Shown in pieces: positions 24,453 to 35,700 of a stretch of DNA of 64,000 nucleotides. Positions within the stretch are counted from its first letter, which is position 1. Each line of letters opens with the position of its first letter. This DNA comes from Antedon mediterranea. Lineage: Eukaryota > Animalia > Echinodermata. The notes under the pieces were generated by a model. The model worked only from the letters and a program-made list of their open reading frames with translations. It searched no databases and was not told where the DNA came from. The position numbers were made by a program, and so were the translations under genes. The DNA lies in NCBI RefSeq assembly GCF_964355755.1, contig NC_092678.1, forward strand, positions 25,623,365-25,687,364, read 5' to 3'.

Positions 24453-27400
24453 TTTCTTTATTAATTGGGTAGATAGAAATAAAATTACTTCAGCATTACA
24501 TAAAAGGGAGTTTTTTATTGGCGTCTTTCTTGATTTTTCAAAGTCAGTCAAATACCACAATACTTCTATCACAATTAATTGATTGGTTTAAAAGTTATTT
24601 ATTATTTACCTCCGCCAAGGAGGTATCTCTAATCGATCGCGACGTGTGTCTGTTTATTTGATTGTCTGTCTGTTTGTTAGCAGAATTACTCAAAAAAGTT
24701 ATTGCAAGAAATATGTGGCCAAGGACCACTCCATTACATTTGGAGGCAATCCGGACCACGGTCCCAATTTTTGACCACTTTTTAGTATTATTTTCAGACC
24801 TGCTAGTGTTAAAGCGAATTTACGATTTGCACCGAATAGAGGTGTTTTTCACATGTACAAACTGTTTTACATATAAACACAATATACACAAATAAACGTC
24901 GTAGAAGTGGTGTATTATTGTCATGCGGTAAGTACATTTGAAATCGCTGAAATTATACTATGTATTCGAGAACCATCCCTAGTTGTTAAAATTGTTATAA
25001 AATACTAAAAAATATTTTAGAAGTGATTATATCGAATTACAGTACTTAAAAATGCTTATATATTAAAATGCTTATAGGCCTATATTATGCGTGGTGCGTG
25101 TGAGTGTTAGGCTACTATTATGTAGTTTCTTTTATATTATATGTAGGAATACTTTAACTTTCCAACTTGTATCTTTAAAACCTTATTTCATGTTTTTTTC
25201 TTTATGATAATGTTTTATTTTTCAAAGGGTCTTACGACTACAGACAATTCCTTGTCTCTGTAAGATTCATGTAACATATATATTAAATATCTAACATATT
25301 GTAGATTCTGTAAGTAAATGCACGGTGTTATCATTGAGTTTGTACGATATTGAGTTACATTTTGTGCACACTTCCATTTCGTATGGTCTCTATCTCCTTG
25401 GCTTTGCGCGCGCGGTCTTGTTGGCTTTAGAAACACCTATCAATAGAGGGCGACATTAAAAAAATATACTGTAGAAATTTGTTTGGCGTGCGAGGTCAAT
25501 ATAGTAGCTGCATCAAATTTGTTTTCGGTATTTAGATATTGTTATTTTGTTTTCGGTTTGTTTTCGGTTGTTTTTGGTTGTTTATGGTTGTTTTCAGTTG
25601 TTTATGGTTGTTTTCGGTTGTTTTCGGTTGTTTTCGGTTGTTTTCGGTAATTAGACTGACCGGCCTACTACTACTAGTATTATGATCTAGTAGTATCTGA
25701 TTATGATTAAGCAATTTATAGAACCGACACACTCCATTGTGTTTTATGGATTTATAATTTAATAGCACAATCCACAGCTATTGATACAATAAGGTACTCT
25801 GAATCTGACTCAGAGAGCAACACTTATAGCGCGACCGAATTTTAGTTAACGCCGTTTTGTACAACAATGAGCCATGTGTACTTCGGCACCAAAATACTGT
25901 ATATCCAACCGAAACAAAGAATCCACAATAAAATAATAGTCTACACTACAGTATTATCAATTATATATTACCTCGTACACTACGGTATAATTAAGGCCTG
26001 TCTGGCCTATATACCACCATAGAGAGATATTATAATATTCACTATATATAATATCTCTGTATGAATACCACCACACCACTAACTTAGTCCTATTCGTCGT
26101 TCTTACCTGATTTCCTGCTTTCTATAAGTAGGATCGGATCGTACTTAGTACTTAGTAGTTGTTTAATGTCTACTGTCTGCCTGTACGTTATCTGAACACT
26201 AACCGATTGTTTATAACACTGTAATACCAGTACTGTAGTACGTCGTCTAAACATTGGAGTTACACATTTTGAATACAGTAACTGACTGATACCCTTTACA
26301 ACCTGGTGGTATAAATGAAACCGGACACAGTTCACAGATTTTGAATAGCGACACTCTATAGGCCTAATAGTCGATCTTTTGTTTGTTGACATGCTGTTCG
26401 TACCGCTTGATAGGTTCACGGAAATATAATATTTTCCCCCTTTGTGCTGATATAGGAACCTTATCGGATATTATGACGTCACATTCGTGGTCCGGTAGAA
26501 ATTGGAAATTGAGTAGTACTGTAATAATATATTATAATTAAATAATTATTTGTTGACTTTTCCATGACCTAGGCCTATGTTGATAACATTATATTGTTCA
26601 CCAGTACCAATAAGAAGTCTGGTCACAGAAATTTAACTCATCACCATGGTTTTTCACTATAGTATTAATTATCGTCGGCCTTACATTTTACGCGTTCCGA
26701 TTGCGCGTATCCCTTACGCGCGTAAGCGTGCCGCAAGTAATTCACCAATCACGACGCGATGGATCAAACTGTCCTTGTGATTGGTCAACTCACTTTCAAG
26801 TTAAACGCGCACGTAGATCAATGGGCTAAATAATCACCGAGTGACAGTAAATTGTCAACAACCGGCGCTTAGTCTGTTTAGTTTGGATTTTTAACTTAAC
26901 CCGTACCGTATGTCTAGTCAAGTGTTTATTTATTTATGATGGTTTGTTTTGGGTAAACAAAGAAACCCGGCACTGATCAAGTTGTTTGATATAAGTCAAG
27001 TATAAGGGGAAAACCACAGATTTACAACAACTATACTATTCAGCTGAAGATAAGCGAAGCATTGGTAGGGTGGCATTATATTATCTAGTTTGTAGATCTA
27101 GAAAACTATATTATCTTATTCCCACATTTATGTTCCGCATCAACCTGTTGTTGCCACATCCCATAAACGCACTGAGTACGCCCCAGTTTGATTAAGTAAG
27201 TAACCACTAGAGATTTAGTACGTACCTACTGTCAATGCTCACGGGAATGTCAGTTCCATATTATTAAAACCTTCGAAAATAACTATGATCCATTCATATG
27301 TTACGCTTTCCTTCGAAGTTAAGTATGGTCCACACATGTAAGATCAACGCCTATAGAACGCGCTGTATGATATCAACTCCTAATAACAGGAGAAGCCTAC

Positions 27401-27865
27401 GCGCACATCAGACGGAAATCCATCAATAAACCGTACTTGTAGACTATGAGCGTAACCATTGAATCAGCAACCACAGAAATGAATTTAGAAGTTCGATATT
27501 AGCGTCTTAGAATTATTAGAATATTATGTATGATATCAGAGAGGCGCATAATGAACGTTAAAATATCGTTCAATATAAGATTCGATTTGCCACGCATGAT
27601 TAATGCACATAGCACGCGAGATAATCGCGTGTTTTTAGAGTAAAATTCGTGGCTTAAATTGCTGGGCAGTGCTTAAATCATGAAAGGTCTTAAGAACTAA
27701 CTTGTTAATTAGCATGACTCTAATAGGTGATCGATTTCAATGAATATAATACGCAACTTATCGGAATATGTCAGACAATAAATAGGTGGCGCTCTAATAA
27801 CAATTGATTGTATCACGACATAGGCCCCTGCAGATATCGTTTGTGTTTTGTCACCAAAAATCATG

Positions 27866-28522
27866 TAATATCAGGGAAGAGTGAATACGCGAGTGTAATT
27901 TCACTTTTTCATTGCAGTATCAATCATCCTTAATATCAGGGAAGAGTGAATACGCGAGTGTAATTTCACTTTTCCATTGCAGTATCAATCATCCTTAATA
28001 TCATCAGGGAAGAGTGAATACGCGAGTGTAATTTCACTTTTCCATTGCAGTATCAATCATCCTTAATATCAGGGAAGAGTGAATACGCGAGTGTAATTTC
28101 ACTTTTCCATTGCAGTATCAATCATCCTTAATATCAGGGAAGAGTGAATACGCGAGTGTAATTTCACTTTTCCATTGCAGTATCAATCATCCTTAATATC
28201 AGGGAAGAGTGAATACGCGAGTGTAATTTCACTTTTCCATTGCAGTATCAATCATCCTTTATATCAGGGAAGAGTGAATACGCGAGTGTAATTTCACTTT
28301 TCCATTGCAGTATCAATCATCCTTAATATCATCAGGGAAGAGTGAATACGCGAGTGTAATTTCACTTTTCCATTGCAGTATCAATCATCCTTAATATCAG
28401 GGAAGAGTGAATACGCGAGTGTAATTTCACTTTTCCATTGCAGTATCAATCATCCTTAATATCAGGGAAGAGTGAATACGCGAGTGTAATTTCACTTTTC
28501 CATTGCAGTATCAATCATCCTT
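27866..28522. repeat. 65-bp minisatellite, 10 near-identical copies, each with an internal hairpin
   Basis: Unit taatatcagggaagagtgaatacgcgagtgtaatttcacttttccattgcagtatcaatcatcct; copies 3 and 8 carry an extra atc. Confidence 0.96.
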
Positions 28523-29534
28523 ACTAATTGAATTAGAAGAATACAAACATTATGAGAAAACAAACTAACGAACGAAATATTTTAAATCGTCATACTTTGC
28601 TTTAGAGTGTTTGTAAGACGTTTACGTTTTACGGTCATAACTTTAAATTGGTGACAATTGAAAATCACAGAATGTAACTGAATTTTGGGAAAATTTTAAA
28701 TTAAAAATACAAATTTGAATATACAAATTAATATTCCGTACTTTTAAACCTCATTTCAAAATTTACAAAAACCAAGACAGTTCTATTAATACATTTTACA
28801 AACCCACGTAGACCGACCATAACAAGAAAACTTTTTATAGAAACACACTCACTAATGACAGAAAACTTCCGGCTTTGAAGGATTTAAAAAGTATCGTACA
28901 GTAGTCAGATAAGTAACCGTATTTTAAACGTCATTACAGGAGGAAGCAGCCTTCCTTTATTCGTTAAACGAGTTCTTTTTCTAGCAATGACAACATTGCA
29001 TTGCACAACGTGTATCGACTAGTCTCAAATCAATTTAAATAACTTCAGACGAGGTTCACTGCTACAACTACCTTCCAATTTATTTTAGCTGGTTTTCGTT
29101 TTTTCCAGAGATAGTAAATTTATTCCTCTTTTGGTAAGTACAATTTTATTTATTCCAAATATATTTATAAAATCGAATGATTTTACAAACTTTTCTGGAG
29201 CTCGTCTATAAATTTCGATGTTTCGTGATTTAGACGTTCATAAACTTCTAGCGAGTAAATTTATTATTTCGTTTGTACGTAATTCAAAACGATTGCTATA
29301 AATTCAAATATTATTTTCTAAATTTTACCAGAGCCCGCCTAAATGTTCATATTTTGTGATTAGACGTAAAATTATACACGATAGGTTATAGGCTACATGG
29401 CCTACTTTTGCATTATAAGTTTTAATTTTAATCCGTTTTTACGACAGTTTAAGTCGCATATAGTAGTTGTGTTGTGGCTTAATGTATTTTTATTTATAAT
29501 ATTTAAAATTTGTTTCTAGGAGGATTTCCAAAAG

Positions 29535-31965
29535 ATGGGTGATAGGGAATGTTTTTGTGAGAATGGGGGTACATGTACGTCGTCTGGGTTGTGCTTTTGT
29601 GCCTCAGGGTTCAAAGGGAGCACATGCCAATACGCTGGTAAGTCGTCGCTGTTATTTTATTCCAAGCCACACAACCTCCAAATTATATTCGGGAACAAAT
29701 CGTGATCGATCATGTTTGTGTATTTTCCAATACAAATTTCCAACGAATTGTCATGGCCTCGGTTACACACAGTGGAAAGGAAATGACAGTCCAAACCTGC
29801 AGGAAATAATACATAAACTATTTGTTCACATTTCGAATGCGATTATCTTTCCTTATTTTATGGTCGGAATTTAATATTTACTTTCAACATTAATTAGTCT
29901 TTTGTTCTCACACACAAAAAAAGACATACGTTTCACGCGTGATTTGCACGCGGTACGCATCAAAACGCAGCAATCTAAACGAACGCGTAATTTTTAGATA
30001 CGACGATCGCCACAAACCGACACATTACGCCTCATATGCAAAACCAAAATAATTACGCAATTAAAATATTTTTTATGAGTCCAAAGTATTTAACGGTGGT
30101 CTATACGCGATTTGTCATCAACTTATTTTATTGGTAACGTTATAGCGCCCCCTAATGGTTGGTTGTGTTTTAAAGAGTATTTATAGTCCCTCTATTGTTT
30201 GGTCACAACTTCAACTTGAAAAAAGTTTGAAGACGCGAAATTGCTCAGGTTAGGCATGGACCTAATTAATATGTTTGGGATAAAAAAAAGGATGATAAAA
30301 AAAAGGGGAACAAAGGGGGAAAAAGAGGTTTTTTTTGTTAAAAAAAAAAAAAAAAAAATAATGTTTAGATTGCTGAAACATGTGTTGTAATGTAGTATAT
30401 AATAGAGATTACTAGAGAAACTTAACTTTTGTTTTTCTCTCATCAGATGATAATATCTCGCACTTTCTTTTTCAGATGAAGTTTCTGAAAACACAGCATC
30501 TAAAACACTGGAGATAATTATCGTAATTGGTGCTATAATTTTCTTCATGATCAATGGTCTGTGTTGGCTATTTATTTGGTATAAACGTAAACAACAAATT
30601 GAAAATGAGGGCATTTCACTTGATGTGCTTAACCGATGGGTCAGTGTTCGTAAGTACACATTAATTAAGTTCATTCTAGATAAAAACTTTGCTTTTAAAT
30701 AGATCCATTTAACTCCTAACTTAGTTTACCCTCCTTCTGCACACTTTCCGATGGGTCAGTGTTCGTAAGTACACATTAATTAAGTTCATTCTAGATAAAA
30801 ACTTTGCTTTTAAATAGATCCATTTAACTCCTAACTTAGTTTACCCTCCTTCTGCACACTTTCTTTCATTGTAAATGTTATGTGTATGCAGAGAAACATT
30901 AAAAACAAAGATCGAAACAAACTAGATACAAAAAATTTCCCTGAAGAAAAAAAAGAATACTTTTATTAAATTTTTATTTACGTAACAGACTTTCTTTATT
31001 GTATATAATTTAAAAATTCAATTTCTCCGACAGATGCAAACCGACAACAGTCATTGGACCAGAATTCACGTATAATGGCCGATCTCGACATTCCACCAAA
31101 TTACGAAGATTGGCAGAATGGTTCACCAGGCACGCCTGTTGTCTTACCCGGTTACTTAGTATCACATGTGCAACACAAAGACAAGCGTTCCTACTCTTTA
31201 CCAAACACCACAATATTTGTACCGGGATACTACCAACCACCGACAGGCACCAGTGACCAAACTCCAGGATTCTCAACGCCTTCAACCCCAGTGATTTTAC
31301 CTGGTTGGTGCAGCACACCGAACAGCTCAACGTCATCACCCTCGACTCCGGTTATTGTACCTGGAGTTATGGCGCCTGTCAAGTTGTCAACAGACTCGCG
31401 ACAAAGCTCCTCGCAAAGTACTCCAGATTCGTCAGGTGTTCCTAACGGTGTTCTGTCACCTTTAGCTCGATTCTGGAAGAAGACGTCTCCAAATAACCGA
31501 TCAATGGATGCAGCATCGCCAAATTCACCAGTTTTTCCGGTAACAATATCTCCGCTTGTAACATCCGGGGTTAAAGTTGATACGCAGCAACAAAACTACA
31601 TCACAACTCCGACAAAGTCTTCACGATTGTTTAAAAAAAAATCTAGCGTTTTAAAATTATTTATACCGCCCCATGATGCAAGTTGTTCAGTGGTGGACGA
31701 ATGTGAAACTGCTCCGGCATCCTTTGGCAAATCAAAAGGAAAAAGTCGTGGAAAGAAAATGTTAAAAAAGACTAAACATGTAGATGAAAGTGGAATTGGA
31801 ATTACATTATTGGTAGATCCTAAAAAGGAGGAAACAAAAAAGGAGGAAACAAAAAAGAAAGAAATTAAAAATGAAGACACAACAAACAAACAAGAAACAA
31901 ATGAAGACACAAATTGTGAAGAAAAAAAATGTGAGGGAACAAATTGTGAGGACACAGGACTTTAA
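29535..31965 (+). CDS. Uncharacterised 402-aa EGF-module single-pass membrane protein with PPxY and an SP/TP-rich tail (paralog B). Exons 29535-29637, 30476-30649, 31034-31965; probable 5'UTR exon ending at 29133
   Basis: MGDRECFCENGGTCTSSGLCFCASGFKGSTCQYA (six-Cys EGF pattern), TM IIIVIGAIIFFMINGLCWLFIWY-KRK, then RWVSV-HANRQQSLDQ...IPPNY. Both introns are phase 1 with GTAAG donors. Confidence 0.82.
30633..30862. repeat. Exact 115-bp tandem duplication spanning the donor of the TM exon
   Basis: ccgatgggtcagtgttc|gtaagtacacatt...ctgcacacttt at 30633-30747 and 30748-30862. Confidence 0.95.
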
Positions 31966-32715
31966 AGAAAATGTACATATGTTTCCTCCTCAACATATTT
32001 TCTGAAGAAACATAAAACTACAAAAAACTATATGTCTAAATGTCAATTTATTATCAGCTGTTTCCATGATTTACAATTTTTATGGAAAATAATAAATAAT
32101 ACTTACTTGAGTTGACATCCTTAGCAAGGATCCTAACCAACAAAAACTAATAATAGGCCTACATTTAATAAGTAATAACTTTAATAAACAAGTACTGTAC
32201 TTTTAATAAAATTCCCCTCATATCATTATGAGAAAATCAAGTTTTTAAATTCAAACTGAACTAAACATTAATCTTATACCATAAATGTATATAATGTAAA
32301 GTAATACAAAAAAAGATGAATACTTCAATGTTTGTTTAATTATACAATTTTTATAATTTGTAAATTGTTATGTAAAATAAATGGAGTTTAAGTACATGAT
32401 GTCTTTATTCTAAATTTTTGTGAACAGTAATAGTGTAATTGTCAGTAATCTTGTACAATGAATGCTGTTTTTCAAATCGAAATCTGCAATAATACCATGA
32501 AATAAAAAAGTAAACAAGTATGCTTTATATAATGTTTACAGGGAATATTTTGGAATATATATGATACTTGGGATTATAACTTGAGTCTGTTCTGATTTTA
32601 TTTTATTTATTTTATTGTTTCATATGTTTTTATCGTATGTATCTGTGTGACTCTAGTTTTAATCAAGTAAATCAATCAATCGATATAATTTATAAAAATA
32701 TTAGTATTAATAATC

Positions 32716-35700
32716 TTAATGTAACCCTCCAAAGCAAGCATACTTAATGTTAAGATATTCATCTATACCATATTTTGATCCCTCCCTACCCAAGCCAGAC
32801 TCCTTAATTCCCCCGAAGGCAATGTTCATAGCGGATAGCACCGATTCGTTGATGCCGACCATTCCAACCTCTAGGTCCTCAGCCACACGCCAAATCTGTT
32901 GGATGTCTTGTGAGTAGAAATAACCTGCAAGACCCATCCTGGTAGAGTTGGCAATTAATAGTGCTTCTTTTTCTTCCTTAAATCTTTGAAGAAATAAAAG
33001 AACAAAAGTTAATGTTTCATCTCTAAAGCTCTGTCTACACTTTCAAACTAGTGTGATATGCCCAAATATGTTAGTGATATGACATCATCATGTCCATATA
33101 TGGGCACATCATATTTTTCAAATAAAGTTTGATAGTGTAGATTCAATGCAATAATCCATTAACCGATTTGTTGTTTTTAATTTATAATGTTTTGTTTATT
33201 ATAATATCCATTATATTTTATACCTTGCAGCCCAGCCATTCTTTAAATGAACTGTAAGACTGTCTCAACAAACAATTGCATCTTGAGGTATGTGTCCTTT
33301 TTTAATTCATAATTCCATACAAGAAATGTCAATACATTTGTTTACAGTGTCTTACTTTATTACTGGGGCTAGAGGTCCAAATGTCTCTTCTCTGCAAACC
33401 GCCATTTCTTGATTAATGTCACGTATTACTGTTGGACTGTAGAAAGCCGGCCCTTTAGCGAGCCGTTCTCCACCAATCAGAACCTTCCCTCCTTTTTCTA
33501 CCGCATCTTTCACATGTTTATCCACCTAAAAACAAATATTGTTTTAGTATTATAACTTTAAACTTAAATTAGGATAATAATATATAAGATTTGTAAAGAG
33601 CACATATCCACTAAAATGCTCAAGGCGCTGTGGACTAGATGTTACACTTTCAATAACATGCTTCTTCCCTAAGGGTCTCTTCATGTCCTGCAGCTACTTA
33701 CGGCGCTTTATCTTCTGTCCACGACACAGTGGCTGAGTGTAAACTAGTACACCGGGGTAACCCCCCTACTTGTCTTTGAAAGATGTACTAGGTTCTTTAA
33801 GTGTGTGTACACTGGACCTATGTTTTATAGTCCTTATCTGAGAAGACTCGTTCTACCACCAGAACAATGGAGCGAGAGAGCCGTGAACCCTTGCCGATAT
33901 TTGACTATGGATTACGGTTCCATTGTCTTAATTGCTCGGCCATACACCTCACTAGTGATGTTGCCATTGTCATAACTGTAGCTCCATCAATGGTACCTAA
34001 CCTTATCTACTGCCTTTTCATTGATCAAAGGTCCATGTGTAGTACCATCTTCCAAACCATCGCCTACAACAAATTTCTCGACAGCTTTTGTCAGCTTCTC
34101 ACAGAACTCGTCATAGACTTGGTCTTGAACTAATAAACGGTTCGCGCTTATGCACGTCTGTTAAATTAAAAATGAATATTTGGTTTAATTATAATATTGA
34201 TATTTTTTTTAATTGTTTATCTTTATTTAAATTCAAAATTAAGAATTGTTTGTAATTGATTCTTGTGGACCTTGTCGATGTTCTTTTGTCTTGTCTTGTT
34301 TATGTATGTTGATTGCGAAAAAAAAAATTACGGCAAACCCAACAATTATGATCAGTAGTAAGAACACTATTTATTGTGCTTTTAATTTTGTTATCTGTTC
34401 AAATATACAACTATGATTTGGTTAGTAAGCTGAATCTAGGCGTTTAAATTAAAAGGTAAATCTAGGTGTTCAAATACCTGGCCTGATCCTCTAAACTTTG
34501 AGGAAACTGCACCCGCTACGGCAGCATTCACATCGGCTGAATTAAACACGATGAACGCCGCATTCCCACCTAGCTCCATTGAAACACGCTTCATTGTGTC
34601 CACAGACTGCTTCATCAAGATCTGAATAAAAATATACTAAATATGGTAGTGATATGCCCAAATATGGGCACATCACACTTTTTTGTCACATAAAGTTTGA
34701 TAGTGTAGACAGAGCTTTAGAAATTGACATAAACAAGCATAATCTACAACACAACTTGTGAAGATTCAGCATATTGTGGTAACTTACCTTCCCTGTCTCA
34801 GTTGACCCTGTAAATGATATTTTAGAAACTTTAGGATTTCCACAAAGAACTTTGCCAACCTCTGCTGCATGCTTATGAGAGCAAGTCACTACATTGAGTA
34901 CACCAGCAGGAATACCAGCTTGTTCCGCATACTGTAGCAAAATCACAATGAAATTAATAAGATGTATGCATTGATATTCCGCATACTGTATCAAAAGCAC
35001 AATGAAGTTAATAAGATGTATGCATTGATATTCCACATACTGTATCAAAAGCACAAGGAAATTAATAAGATGTATGCATTGATATTGATAATTTATTGGT
35101 TACTCTCCTTTGAAATGGAAGAACACGCTTGTAACAAAAGGTTCGAAGTCATACAGTAGTTTGTAATGGCCAAATGATACTGATAGTGTGTTTTAAATGT
35201 TCTGATATAAGTAGGCATCATTATGTGGTATATGTTTTAATCTACCATATCCAATGGTTGTTAAGTAAAGGAATGATTTGAATTTTTTTTTTCATATCAA
35301 TTTCAGCTTGTAAATATGTATATGTTTGTATGATGTCGTATGTTTAAGCGGATATTAGCATTGATGGCATTTGCAGCAATAAAGAAATTGAATTAAATTG
35401 AAATTACATGACAGGTAGCAAGAGCCGACAGTGGCGTGTCTTCAGCTGGTTTGACAACTACCGTGCATCCAGCGGCCAATGCTGCTCCTACTTTCCTTAG
35501 AATCATTGCATTTGGGAAATTCCACTACAATCAATAATAACACATAGATTTAGAGTTATAGAGTTATGATACATGATTTTGTCTATAGGGCTGCCCATTA
35601 AAAATCACTATATTCTGTAAATTTGATGAAAATAGGGACCCGGCAAATAGGGACCCGGCAAATAGGGGACCAATAAAATCCAGGGACCAATAAAATCCAG

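Larger units (their letters stand above)
22805..25662. mobile_element. Non-autonomous Foldback/Mutator-like DNA element, ~2.86 kb, with TIRs built from tandem 10-mers (ccgaaaacaa) and a 9-bp TSD
   Basis: Left end ggtcagtctaattaccgaaaacaa(n) and right end (ttgttttcgg)n taattagactgacc. Direct repeat gcctactac at 22796-22804 and 25663-25671. No transposase ORF. Confidence 0.88.

Noticed and set aside
27866-28522. CRISPR-like array of hairpin repeats
   Set aside because: Units are contiguous and near-identical with no unique spacers, there are no cas genes, and the context is eukaryotic.
31596-31955. Hydrophobic minus-strand ORF (also 30192-30674, 15258-15512, 51834-52127, 63211-63477)
   Set aside because: Antisense shadows of real coding exons on the opposite strand.
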